Source of the DNA: Chrysomallon squamiferum
Taxonomy: Eukaryota > Animalia > Mollusca
DNA: 64,000 nt
Assembly (NCBI GenBank): GCA_012295275.1
Contig: CM022672.1
Location: forward strand, 992,001-1,056,000
Direction of reading: 5' to 3'
The notes under the pieces are model-generated. The model made no database searches. It was not told where the DNA came from and worked only from the letters and a program-made list of their open reading frames with translations. The translations under genes and the position numbers were made by a program. Shown here one piece after another: positions 40,006-53,875 of the stretch. How positions within the stretch are numbered: position 1 is the stretch's first letter; every line of letters begins with the position of its first letter.

Positions 40006-41409
40006 GGATGGAAGACAGAGGAGAGAGAGAAAAATTTGCACATTGGATGGACCAACATTTTTGAAAAGGAGCCAGTAATAACATGGAAACACCATAATTG
40101 TTAATGTAACCTTTTTTGAGTTCATATTATAACCTTTACAGGATGTTTTGTTTGAAACTACCAATGCAGTCAGCACAGGAAAAAGTAAAAAAAAAGATGA
40201 AAAAAAAAAAAAAAGGGTGAGGGGAAAATAAACTGAATGTAAAAATCTCAATAAGTAAAGCAGAACAAAAATCCAGCAGATATCTACAAGAATACTGATA
40301 ACCCAGATAACAGCTTTGATTTGTACCTCAATGTTCTTGGACTAATGAAAAAGGAAATGGAATGTTTGATGTTATTTGAAACATTGTTTAACCAGTGGTT
40401 TATTATAGATGTGGCGATTTTGACATGAAACTAGGATTATAACACATGGTTGGCTGTAGGCAATCCTTTATCTTCCACAGAGTGGACATTGCATATTGCT
40501 CTGTTTGATAACTGAACCAGAAATACATTTAAAAAGAAGATTTTACAGACTGTTAGACAGAAATGGAGATTGTTATTATTGTTATTATTATTATTATTTT
40601 TAAATAATTTAGTGATAAAAGTGTTTTTATACTTATAACAATCTGTTGAATGTTTCACAGTTAAATACAATAACCCATTTTGGTTCATAACTGTTTAAAT
40701 ATTATCAAAAGATTTTGGTGACCATTTAGATAGTGCATTCTACATCATCTTATTTATCAACTAAATCTTATGATAATTTAAAATAAACAGTTCTGACAGC
40801 TTATTCAGTGTTTTTGATAGTCTTTATAAATATTGCATTAAATGTTTTTGTAATATATTAGTGATTCTTTTTATCCTTTGACTTTCTGCACGTTGGACAT
40901 TCCATAAAAGATTATTATATAAAAAGAAAAAAGATAACAATAAAACAGTCTAATAATGCAGAATATATTTGAAGAAAGGCTTAGATAAAGGACTTTGATC
41001 TAGCTTTCATAATGACAATTGTTTCAGAAAGCAAATACATTTTTTGTATTCATTAACTTTGTATGTACAAGCATGTACACTAATCCACATATTTATAGCT
41101 TTTTATGTAAAAGTCAACACAAATAAAAAAAGTGAAAATTGGAAGATTTGTATGGATTACATTCATGGAATTCCATGTATATTCATCTGAAAGTAGCTAA
41201 ACTTTATACATGCATACATATTTTTTATGCATAAAAAGTTATTTCATATTGATCACTGAATTATTTTTTATTTAATTTTGCATTATCGGGTTATTTCTGG
41301 CTCAGTTCCAGAACAAACCAAGTTACACCTCAGTGGGAGATCTATGATTTTCACAATTCCTTGTTTTATGCTCAGATGTTTTAGCAAATTCACACATGCA
41401 AACATGTGT

Positions 41410-41460
<51 letters not shown>

Positions 41461-42967
41461 GAGAGAGTGAATGACAGATAGTCAGACAGACATCTAATTA
41501 TTGAAAGAACCTGATAAACATTTTGTTATATAAACTAATCCAGGCCCACATTTGAGCAATGACCCAGACAGAAAAACAAGTTTGACAGCACAGTGGAATA
41601 TAAATTGTAAATGTATATATATATATATTTGAAAAATAATGTCAGTATTATAGTCTTTTTATTCTAGTAGCAAAGGTTACTGTGGCCTCATAAACTCTGG
41701 GACAATATTGATTTTATAAAACTGAAGAGAAAACTGACATAAAAAGACTTAGACATATCTCCAGGTTTATAGGGTAATGGTGCACTATTGTCCTGTTTAT
41801 GACAAATGTGTGGGTTCAGAATTAATGCACTCATGTACAGATTAACAACTTCCAACAAGTTGAAACATCTCTAAATGTCCATTAAAAATAAGACCTTAGT
41901 CTGAATTATGAAGGACTGAAAGAACAAATACAAGCAAACACTGGTTGATGATTAATGGTATAAACCTGATACCAATAGATTTTATTATTTGGATTTTAAT
42001 AGTAACATTTTTGCAGTAATTTAAATAATATATTTACTGAATGCTATGTATGTAGTCTCTTGTACGTTTGTTAATAAAGGGGGAAAAAATATAAATATAT
42101 TTTACCTATCTATCTATATATATATATGAAAGTTAATTTTATTATTTTATGTTCCTTCAGATACATACTTCATTTTTCAGAAATAATAAAATGAAAATTA
42201 ATGATGGTAATAATTTTTGTTGACTTTGTTTAATAAATATCATCAAGCTTCTGAGTAAGTGTGTGAGTAAACAGGAATTGTTCGTTGTTCTCTGTAGTAT
42301 CTCATGGAAACTAATGTCCTCTACCTGTTTTGCTGGGTTTATCGGTTTAACGTGAACAGGGATTTCTTTGTGAATGTGTGTAAGCAACAGTGACTGAACT
42401 TGTAATGATGATTAACTCACAAGACACTAACTAAAGATTACTCACTTGTGTTGGTGTCAGTGTGCATCAGTATCATTTTTACAATTTGATCCACTGTGTT
42501 CTTTATTTTGTAACTTCTTCAAGTTCTTGTTTTATTGATTAGTCAACTGTACAGAGAGAATAAAAAGTCGTTATCTGAATAATTTCAGGACTAACATTTT
42601 TTTTTATAGTTATTTTTTTTATTAAATAGATACTGTTGTAACTTAAAACAGAAGTTAATTTGAAAGTTTAAATCGTAATACTGACATATTTGCACTTTAA
42701 TTTATTTAACTATTTTATTTTTTCATTCAAGAAAAAAGAAAATTATGTACCCAAATAACTTGTTTATTAGATGCACATTGAGTACACTAATAATACTCCA
42801 TTACCAGATGAATTACTTTAGTTAATATACAGTGAAATAAATTTCTGGCCACGGTCCCAAAGATTTAAAAAAAACTTTGAATTTTGAAAATATTGTTTAT
42901 ATATGTTCAGTTTCAATGTATTTAATACTGTATTTTTAATTGTAGGGTGTGGCAGCAATAGATAGGG

Positions 42968-43034
42968 ATGACTGACAGTGGCCCCAAGGTAAATGGGCCT
43001 GCCAGCCCAGGGGGAAGATTTATAGATACTGTTG
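42968..43034 (+). CDS. hts: Adducin (hts/ADD) coding exon 1
   Basis: Acceptor ends at 42945; in-frame TAG just upstream of the ATG; MTDSGPKVNGPASPGGRFIDTV; phase-1 donor GTATGT. Confidence 0.85.
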
Positions 43035-46000
43035 GTATGTATCAGTTCAGTCTTTACAGTTTATAATGCATGGATGTAAATTTACTGACCATTTTCAAAG
43101 CAAATGTAAACAACAGTAATCTAACTTCAGCAATAAATGTCTTTACCCAACCAAAGTGTTTTCTTTAGAAATAAGTAAGATGTCTTCTAACAAGATTTGT
43201 ATTCCTTTGCTCAGAGTTAAAATTTTATCACTATGTTTAATCAGAATTGAAGTGAATGTTCAATACATTTTTTTTGTCTGTTATGTACAAAAATATATTT
43301 CTGACTGATATTGATTGACCTGCATGCTAATATGTATCCATGGGATTGGCAAGTTAATGCTCACCATCTTCTTTGTTAGAGTTTTTTCTTCTTCTTTTTT
43401 TTAATTACTTGTACTATAGTGGTAACACATTTCAACCTGACACATTAATGATCTCATTTTTATGAAATATTAGATTTTCCAGCAGTGCAGCATGCTGTTA
43501 TTTTAAACATGAATTGTAGAAATATATGAATTTAAAACATGTTGTTTTTATTAGTAATATCCTATTTGTTTTAAAAAATACACTATCTTAAAAACCTTTT
43601 AAATAAAAAAAGAAAAAAAAAAGATAGTGTTGATAAAACTATACCAAATTACAACAAGCTTCTCTATTATAATAAAGCATGGGGTTAACATTACTAATAA
43701 AAGAAACAGATGAAACTTAGCTCCAGCCATTTGATTCACTCAGTCTGCCTTTGAGTCAGTTCAATTTCACAAATAAAAATAGGTGGGTGGGGGTTTTGTT
43801 ATAAAGAAAGCACCATCAAAATCTGATAATTTTTTTTTTTAAAAAGAAGAAGAAGAAAGTCATATTTTGTTACAGTTTATATTTAGATAGCTTTAGTCAG
43901 TAGATTTATTCAGTTTGAAATTGTGTATATTTTAAAAAAACAGAAGAAAAAAGCATGACTGAACTGTCAAATTATGTTTGTTGTGATTTTACAATTTATT
44001 TTCTGGTTTATTTCAGTCTTTACCTTAAAACAATTTGCTTTGTGTGTGTGTGGTTTTTTTAAATTTGTTTGGTGAGTGTCCATTACAATTTACAAATGAC
44101 TAATCAGGCATTACAGAAATAAACAAGAGCTTCATTTCACTGAGAGAAAGATTGTATCAGTCTGGGTTTGGCCCTGCAGTCTAGATAGTGATCGTGAAAT
44201 ATTTTCTGTAGACATTAGAAATCTTCCAGTAATGCAAACACTTCATCCTGCAGATCCAGAGAGATTCATTTTAGAATGAATAAGTTACTGTTGCCTGAAC
44301 ACTTACTTGGCCCACTTGCAGGCTGTATGGCAGCAATCCAGTAGACTTTATAATATAGTAATTAAGCCTCAGAAAGTATAAGTTGATGTGATTAGAACAC
44401 ATGGTGCCAGTGTAAAGTGTTATAATCACATTTGTATTGTATGCCTTGTAGGTGTTATGGTTGAAATGGAGTTTGAAAAATTTTGGATTTGAAAAGAAAT
44501 AAAAGGTGAATATTTGCTGAAAGGAAAGTGTCTGCATTTTTGAATTCATTTCAGGAGATGTTTACAGCATAATCATGTAATACAGAAAGAAAATGGAACA
44601 TAAAAAATTTAGAATTTAACTACTGTTAAAATGTTCAGTAAGATGTATAAAATGATTAAAATGCAAAGAAATTTCTCATGCTAATAAATACATTTCAGAC
44701 TAGAAGTAAACACAAAACAGTTATTAAAAAAAAAAAAAAAAAAAAAAAACAACAAACAAAATTGCTTATCAGTCCTTTACAAAAGCGTTTATATTTTGTG
44801 GTGATTTTTTCAGTTTATTTTCCATTACAGCCACTACTCATTTATCATAAGCATATCATACGGAAGCTGCATGTAATTTGTAAATGATTTCTTTCTTAAT
44901 ATATTAGGACTTTATGTATGTTGCTATATAATGTTCTGTCTATATTTAAATAAAACCATTCTTCCTTTGTATGGAATATTTTTTACCCAAATTCTTATTT
45001 CCTGTGATCAAACCATACTTAGTATTTATCTCAGGAGATACTGATCAAATAATATTTTCTTTTTCTGTGGTTGTGTTTCCTATTCCATCTTATTTGTTTG
45101 GATTACACATGCATGGCCCTCAGGTTGAAACCAAATTGATCAGAATCAGTCTGAAATGAAATGCCAGGAGTAATTTGTTGGAACTTCTGTTGTTATTGGA
45201 TATCATGTGTGAGTTTCAGTGGCTATTGCTCCAACTGCTTGATACGAAATAGGTTTCCTAGAGATATTATGCCTGTATAAATGATTGATATGATTAAATA
45301 TTTAAGTATCAAATAGTCATTTTAATGAACAGTTGATTTTAAGTAATAGGTTAATATATCAGATTTTGTTAGGGTTTAAGTTAGAATATAAATCATTTAA
45401 ATGAATACAAAATTGTGTTATTTCTAAAAATTTATTTTTGTTCAAATTTATCGACAAAATGGGTAACTGAAATGTGGTTATTGTTTGTTTAAAACATTTC
45501 TAATCCTGCAGTACAAGTCTAATACATTCACATGAATATGTCATTTATTTATCATAACTGTTGCAACCAAAGACCACATTCTTCGTTGTTTAATAGCCTT
45601 TGCAGTAAATAATAACAAAATTGCTTTAAAAATTTCAAATTATTGATTTTTTAAAGGTTTTTTAAAAGTTAAATGATGAATTTATATGTAGGGGAAAAAT
45701 GCCATTTATGTACACATCATTGTTTGAGTTTTTTTTGTTTGTCTAGTCTTATTAAATTTAACATTATGAAAAAATGTATATTCCCAGCAACATGGGTCAA
45801 ACTGATTATGTTAACACTACAAATTGTTGCTTAAATAAATGTCAGAAATGATGGCTTAGTCTTGTAATTTGAGGCTTGTGTTAAAGGTTTGTGTTTGAAT
45901 GCTGTTAGATAAAATTAGTTAATGTTACTGTATATAGGTGGTATATTTACTCTTTAATTCATGAATAAAAACTTAGTTCTTCAAATCATATTAATACAAT

Positions 46001-48365
46001 TTATTTAATGAAACAATGATTTTTTAATATATTTTTAATGTGGTTATATTACATATTGATTGTGACTACTGTTATACTATAATGATTATAAAAACCTGTT
46101 ACATCGATAGTATTTAATGTCACAAATATGTGCAGATACACAACGTTAACACAGACTAACACAGATGCACAAAACAAAGATAAATATGTCCAGAGCCCTG
46201 AAATATTTAAACTGGGTAAAATTATGGATCATGGTAGATTGTATGACACTCAACAGATTATTCCTGAATATGAGGACAAATATAATTATTGCTATCGGCT
46301 TCTAGTTTCTTATTTTATAACTGATACTTAGACTTTATTTATATACAGGTGAATAGTAAAAAGTCTGTAATTTGAAAAAGATGTATTTAGTTGTAATTAA
46401 TAAAAATGTAGAATGTTTTTTTTTTCTTTTAAAATAGAGTATGTTTTGAACTGCATGTATAATGTATGTGTTTATGTGTTTGTATGTATGTATGTATGTA
46501 TGTATGTATGTATGTATGCCGGGCTTGAAAATGTCCAATAGGCAGGGTAACAGATATGACAAGAGTTCCATTTGGGTGACTGGGATGTTAAACACAAGAG
46601 CCACTATTAATAATTTTATTTGCAAATATTTATTTCACATAAAAGTTACACTTCTAGTTTGATAAATTGGACATATTGTTACCTTAATTTGCCAACAGCT
46701 ATTTATAAACACTAATTTTATAGATGATATGCATGTAGTTAACTGTAGACTTGGTAAAAAAAAAAAACACGAGTCTCACTGAATCAGTATCGTAAAACTG
46801 ATCGTGACCATTTGGATCACCTTGGCTGAATATGCAGACAAATGCAAACCTTCCTGAATGCTGTCTTAGCTTCTGCTTTTTCTAAGCAGTGTTAGTATTG
46901 CTCACTTGTTTTTTTCACTCTTTCAATTGATTTGTTTGATTGTTTTGTTGAAAAGCGTTTGACAAAGAAGAATTTCAAAATCATACATTTTGATATATTT
47001 GTACAAGATATATTTTAAGGCATATTTTTTAATCTTACTTCACTTTTTCCTTCATATATGAATATTTTTTGGGCCTCCACACATTTCAAATGAGTTTTGA
47101 GCCTGTGTTTATATGTATATGTATGTAATGTATGAAAATGTTTATTTTTGTGTGTGTTTGTATTTGTGTGCAAAGGTGTAAAAGTATATGCAGGTGCACA
47201 TGTTGGGTCCTTTAGTCAAATATCCATGAACACTTTTGGCAGAGTGGAGAAAAATGTTTGATCAATAATGGAACTAAATTAGTCTCTTTGGCTAGCTTTG
47301 TTCCTTGTTTACAGTAAAGATAGTCTGTGCCTTCATCTTGCTTTGTGTCATGTTCAGATTGATTGATCTCTGTTTGAACCAAACATTATTCAAATAACAC
47401 TGATGAGTGAAATTTTAACACAAACCATAATTATGGACTTGTGAACAGTGGGGTATTATGATACTAGAATTTGTTTCATCTGAAAGGTTAATTATTACAA
47501 ATAATGCCAGGGATATCTAGTGACATACAGCATTTATTTACAACTTCTGCATTTTTCCAAACTTGATGTTAAATTTATTTTACATTAGTATATTTTCATG
47601 TTTATGTCATTATATCCATGTGCATATGTGTGCAGGGGTAAATGTAATATTTCGATCACAAGTGGTTTAAATTGCAAAATGAATGTTTAAAAATAAATGT
47701 CAAAATAAAAGTTAAACATTTCAAAAAGTTCTGTTATGAGTGTTCTGAAATTAAAAATATCACTTGATTTAGCAAAAAATATTCAAGATCATAAAAAAAA
47801 CCTAATCTTTCGTGTGTTTTATTAATATAATATAATGTCTAAAAATAAATTCTTCAAGATAATTTTAGACTACAGAAAATGTAATTTAACGTTTGTATTG
47901 ATTTTTTTGCCTAGACAGCTTGCATCTGAAATGCTTACAACATATATACATTACTGGCTTAGGGATTTTCTCTTATACATATTCAGAGAGGAAGAATATT
48001 ATATAGCATAATGAATAAATAATAAACCTTTTGCTTCCGAGTACTGAATTCTCTATATTAAAGGGGATTGTGAAAGCAAAGCAGTTATAAAGGTTTTGAA
48101 TTATTTATGAGGTTGTGAATTTAAAAAATAATTAATTCAGGTGTGGTGATAACAGGTGCATGATTTGACCTATTTAAATATTAAAAAAACAACAACAAAA
48201 AGCAACCATCCCCCCTCAAAAATGAAATTAAAAAGTAAGTAAATAAATAAACAAAAAAATGATAAAGATGTCTTTCATGTATGTGGTGGCTGTCTGATAA
48301 AAAAAATGAATTAAAAATGAAAAACAAACATCCTGACTAATGAGGGAATTTCATTTGCTTTTCAG

Positions 48366-48617
48366 ACCCAGATGATCCCGAATACCAGCGACAGATGCGG
48401 AGACCTCCAGAAGTTAAGGAGGACCTGAACCAGATGGAGAACCGGAGCCGTGTTTCGCTCGTGCTCAACAGTGAGGCTTTCCGTGAGGAGCTGGAGCAGA
48501 TTGTGGAGGAGCAGCTCAAATCTGGCTCCCATCCGGCAAGTCTGATTGCTCTGCAGCAAATCTCTGACCTCCTTCTGCCACACACCAGAGTCAACATGGG
48601 ATCCATGGCTCATGGTA
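48366..48617 (+). CDS. hts: Adducin coding exon 2
   Basis: DPDDPEYQRQMRRPPEVKEDLNQMENRSRVSLVLNSEAFREELE..., the conserved adducin N-terminus. An alternative donor at 48614 is also in frame. Confidence 0.95.
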
Positions 48618-48651
48618 GTATGTATATGTTTTTGTATTTAGCATTTGTGTT

Positions 48652-49020
48652 TGATACATAGTCAGAACAATGTCATTGAGTACAAAATGAAAGCTTTGTC
48701 AGCAGTATGGTCTAATCTTTGTCAGTAAGTACATAGCCAGGTATTAGTCTTTAAACAATATAGTTCAATGATTTTTATTCATTTTTGTCATTTGGTATAG
48801 AGTCCAGTCTTAGTCATTTAGTACATAGTCCACTGTTTGTCTTTCTGTGCATAGTCAGTTTTTTTGTCAGAGTCCATGGTCAAATCATTGACATTCATTA
48901 TATATTCCATCCCATCCAGACAACTCTTTATCACTGAGTCCATAATCTACTTTGTGTCATTCAGTGCATAGTCAAGTGTTTTGTGTTTTAACAGTCCACT
49001 TTTTCATAAGGTACATAGCA
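48652..49020. repeat. Highly degenerate ~25 bp minisatellite in adducin intron
   Basis: Recurring GTACATAGTC(C/A)...TTTGTCAT-like units. Confidence 0.7.
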
Positions 49021-51036
49021 TATTGTTTGTTATTTGATAAACATTCTACCCCAAATCCCAACATGCAGTATGTATTAAGTACCTTTTTCATTATTACTTA
49101 AAATAAATATCTGCAGAAATGGTCTAGCCATGAGAACAGACTAGAAGGAAATCAGTTTTTCATTAGAGAAATTCAGATCTTTCAGTTTTTCACTTTTTTC
49201 ATGTTATTTGCTCTGCTATTTAGATGAATCAGTTTTGGCAGGACATGTTTGATTATATTTTCTTCTCCAATATCAACATGTTTTGAAATATTTGATTGAA
49301 AATGAACAGTTGTTAATGAATGGCTTCTGATGACACTGGTCTTTGCCAATCAAGTCAGGTTTTATGTTGGTTTATTATACATTCATGCATATAGTGATAC
49401 TTCCAAACTGAAGTTAATTATCTAGATCCTTGACTACAATCAATAATGATTTGTTAGCTTCCAGTAAGTGTTCTTTACTTGACCACTGGTGGCATTTGCA
49501 GTGTTCTTAATACGTTGCTGATAGAAATAAGTAGTGGATTTGTTGTAGGTACACACTGCATCATTGTTATATACATTAACTTGTAATATTCAGTGATTTT
49601 TTAGATATTTTCTTCTTTGAATGCTGCTAGCTTGTTCAATTTTTGTGAAACAGTTTTGGCATAGATTGCAAAAACAAATTCTATAAGGCTAAATAAAATT
49701 TTAAAAGAGATGAATACATGTCAAATACTAGTTTGTTGCATGTTGAATATGTTAATTGATCATTCGTAGGTATTTCTTATATCTTTTATGGCTTTACTTA
49801 GAAAATGATCAGGTTGTTAATAAATTCAGTCTCATTCATCTGACATTAATGGTGATCACAGACAGACTTTTATCCTTAAGTAGTATGACAGTTGTATTTA
49901 CAGTAATCTTTATTTATTAACATTGTGCCGTTTTTGGACCATTTTTTGGACCAGTGAAGTGTTACTTTTGTGAATAAAGCTGGTATTTGGGGTTTACTTG
50001 TATCAGGTATTGACAGTATTCATTGTGCAAACTTTGATTTACAGTTGCAAGTTGGGTATTGCTTGACACTACAGTTACGCAGTTGGTAGGTCAGCAGCAG
50101 TTGGATTGTGCAAGATAGATTGTCTGAGTATCGGTTGGACTGTTTTGCATTTCAACCCTTACTGTATTGGTTTATTAAAAATAAAAAAATGTTTTTCTTC
50201 TTTATGTTCAGAAAATTACAACCAGTTTCCCTACATCCAGCACGCAAAGATATAAATATTAAAAGTATTATTGTTATCATTGTATCATAAATATTTATTG
50301 TAACGTGTTGGTGAAAATTACATTTCTTATTTGCTTATGTTTAATTATAATAAAGAAGGTTTGCACATTTTTTTCCTTTAGTTACATTCAACTGAATGTG
50401 TTTGTCATTCAGATGCTGTGTAAAGTGAAAAAGCATACTGTGTTGTAAATGCTACCGAGTCATTTTTAATATTATTTATAGAGCAAAAAAACGAAAACAC
50501 AATAATAATAATAATAATAATTTGATAAAAACCTTTTGCAACATGATATGACATTGTGACACAAGTTATTTCTTAAGCATGAGTGGATTTTTATATATAT
50601 ATCGGTTTAACATTCAGATGCCTTGTGAAGCAGCAGTGAGGTGGTTATTTCTAATTATTCCGTTCATATTTTCGTGTGTACTGCTGCATGAAATATTAGT
50701 CTTGTCACAGATGTTTATAGTGAAATTTGTTTTGTGAATTTGTTTGAAAACAGTGTGAACTGATTAATAGTCCTTGTTTGAACCTGGCAAATGCATAATA
50801 TGCTTGGTCAGATACAGCATGTAGTGTTTGCAACATTCATGAAAAATTAAATGAAACAGATATTTAATTGCAGTGTCATTCAATATTAATAAATTATATA
50901 TCAAAAATGTTTTTAAAAAAACATTTGTATATATGGGAATGTTTGTTAGTGTATATAGTGTGAAATGGGGGGGATATAGATGCATATTTACTTATTGGTT
51001 TTTTAACAAATATTGATATAATTTACTTGCTTGCAG

Positions 51037-51185
51037 CTTCACCAGTCATTCCAATAAACGACATCCGTGGGGTGGAATCCCTAAATTACAACAAGGCAGA
51101 GAAGATCCTTCGTTGCAAGCTGGCCTCGTTGTACCGGCTTATTGACCTCTACGGCTGGACACAGAACATCTACAACCACATCAGT
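51037..51185 (+). CDS. hts: Adducin coding exon 3
   Basis: SPVIPINDIRG...EKILRCKLASLYRLIDLYGWTQNIYNHIS, start of the class II aldolase-like head. Confidence 0.96.
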
Positions 51186-51891
51186 GTTAGTAGCTTGTAT
51201 AATGATTTACCATAAAACACATCACTATTTTAAACATTGTTTTTATAAATGTTAACGTATCTATGGGACTACAAATAAACAGTCAAATAAAATAAGTATA
51301 TTTCAAGTAAACATTTTATTGTTTATAACAAAGTATGACAATAAAATAAGACTGTTAAAAGACACTGCCATTTTAAACTTACACAGTCGAAGAACTTTAA
51401 CTAATGGACTACCCTGTATTTGAAGACTTAACCACCACTGATATTAGTTCTTTTGTTGCCGATCATAATTACTAATTAATACTGGACTGTGAAAAAACCC
51501 CAGTATAGCTTGGAAGTATGTAGACTGCATTTAGACTATAGTTACCAAGAGCATTCCATGGAAAATTTACTAACGTTAAATTTTTTCCCTAAAACTATAA
51601 AATTGAATCTGAATGAACTGTGTATGAAAGTAAAATACATTTGAGCATAAAGGGATTTTTAGTATTATATTTTTACTAATACCAGATGATTTTATTTAGC
51701 CTTTGTGAAGTTATCAAAAATACAGCTGTTTTGTTATGGGTTTTTGTGGGCTTTTTCTCCTTGTAACAGCTTCAGATTTTTTCTATCATGTTGGAATTAA
51801 CATATCTAAAACATTTGTGATCTCTTGCAAAGGATTATACATTTTGTTTTATTTGTATTCTGTCTGTCTAAGGTTTATAACTATCTTTCAG

Positions 51892-52120
51892 GTCCGAATG
51901 AGCCAGGAGAATGAACACTTCCTTCTGAACCCTTTTGGTCTGCTCTATTCAAGTGACTGCATCGTCTCTTGTCAAAGTTGACATCCGTGGAGAGATTATT
52001 GATCCGGGTTCGACAACGTTTGGCATCAACAAGTCTGGATTCACACTGCACTCAGCTATCCACCAGGCACGACCAGATATCAAATGCATCATTCACTTAC
52101 ACACACCATCTGCAGTAGCA
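51892..52120 (+). CDS. hts: Adducin coding exon 4 (apparent 2-nt deletion at ~51951)
   Basis: [20 protein letters not shown] / [10 protein letters not shown]...[28 protein letters not shown] lie in two frames; 229 nt between phase-0 sites. Confidence 0.93.
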
Positions 52121-52657
52121 GTAAGTATTCTTGTGTATTTTATTTTATTAACATTATTATTATTATTATTTAATTTTTTATTTTTAACTAAAGAATAAAA
52201 ATGTTGTGGTTTTATATAAGAATTTAGTTTTTAAAGAAAAAGGTTATTTAATTTTTTTTATGAAATGTAAAATGATAACATCACAAATCTTTAAATGTGA
52301 TAGGTGACTTGGGATGGGGTGAAAATTATTTAGTAACAGAGGTTATAATTGTACCAGTTTTCACTATCTACACAAAGATAACAAAAGTGATATATTAAAT
52401 GGAAAGTAAATATGTTAATTAAAATTAAAAATGTGTGGAGTAATTTGTAAGTTACTGTATATTTAGACAAGACAGCTATACAGAGTTAAATAAATTTTAA
52501 AAAAAGAGCAAGTTATATTAGAAAAAAAGCCACATAAATTCTATTCCCTTTTTAAGAAATTAAACTTGATTCCTTTAATGTTAAAAACAGTTTAGTAGAA
52601 TTGTTCTGTGTCATGAAATTTATTTTGTAAGATTTGCAATACCATTATTACCTACAG

Positions 52658-52801
52658 GTTTCTGCAATGAAATGTGGCTTGTTGCCTTTGTCACAAGAAG
52701 CACTGGTATGTGGAGATGTCAGTTACCATGACTACCAGGGAATTCTTGTAGATCAAGATGAAAGAGACAAACTGGCCCGAAGTCTTGGCCCATTCAATAA
52801 G
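52658..52801 (+). CDS. hts: Adducin coding exon 5
   Basis: [32 protein letters not shown]...LGPFNK; 144 nt. Confidence 0.96.
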
Positions 52802-53080
52802 GTAAATGTGAAAATGTATTTATTTATTAATGTTCTTTTTTTGTCTGGTAATGTCTATGATGAATATTTGCTTTTCACACTGATTTATTTATGTACTCTT
52901 TGCACTGGCACATATATTTGAAAAGAGAAAAATACAACTTTATTGTGGAAAAAAGTTGGTAAAAAAAAAAAAAAAAAAAAATAAATAAATGGTTTCATTT
53001 TCTTACTTTTTAATTTTTTAACTTTATAACTAATTGTGATATTTTGAATTATTTGATAGATTAATATTTGTGTTTGTTAG

Positions 53081-53179
53081 GTTATGATGCTGCGTAATCA
53101 CGGAATTGTTGCCTGTGGAGAGAGGATAGAGGAAGCATTTCATTATGCATTCAATTTAATGAATGCTTGCGACGCACAG
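53081..53179 (+). CDS. hts: Adducin coding exon 6
   Basis: [33 protein letters not shown]; 99 nt. Confidence 0.96.
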
Positions 53180-53707
53180 GTATCTATATTTTGTATAGCA
53201 CAAATTAGCATAAATGAGACAAATAAAAACCAGTATTATTATATTTTTAAAATTGTTACTATTATTATTATTATTATTTTTTTTTTTTTTTGCTACCGTA
53301 ACTGAAAAATTATATTTAATAATCTGAATTAATTTAGATGCTGACCAGTGTAAACATTTCATTCTGAAATGTATTACTATGCATTCCTAAAATATATTGT
53401 GTAATTGACATTGAATAAATGCTGTTTTTAACCTTTTTATGTTGTTGAAACTTTTATGTGCAAATTTAAATTTTTTATACTTGATGTTTTATGCTAGATA
53501 ATTGGCAAGACTGATTATTTTTTACATTATAAATGTAACAATATAATTTCAGTTAATTTTGGAGATTAAGAAATTAAATTGCAAAATATTTGTTGACTTC
53601 TTTTTAAATTTCATTTTCTCCCTGCTCACATCCATAAAGGTGATGTCTTTTTCTTATTGTGTCCATTTTATAAATGTGTCATTATTTCATTATTTATTTC
53701 ATTTTAG

Positions 53708-53875
53708 GTAAGAGCGGTTACTGTTGGAATTGACAACTTGATTCTGGTGGATGATGAGACAAAAAAGAAGACATTTGCAGTGGGAAGCAAGGGAGGAGGA
53801 GGTGTATCTGCTAACAAGAAATGGAGGCCAGGCGAACTTGAATTTGAAGCTCTGATGAGGCAGCTAGATAATGCG
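53708..53875 (+). CDS. hts: Adducin coding exon 7
   Basis: VRAVTVGIDNLILVD...KWRPGELEFEALMRQLDNA; 168 nt. Confidence 0.95.

Noticed and set aside
48337-48613. Minus-strand ORFs over adducin exon 2 (also 53704-53955, 61114-61359)
   Set aside because: Antisense shadows of real coding exons.
51380-51545. Tc1/pogo-like MITE relic (CAGTCGAA start)
   Set aside because: No convincing matching terminal repeat; too decayed to call.
51940-51960. Micro-intron or programmed frameshift explaining the adducin break
   Set aside because: Sequence is missing rather than extra; no GT-AG pair restores the motif and no slippery site is present.
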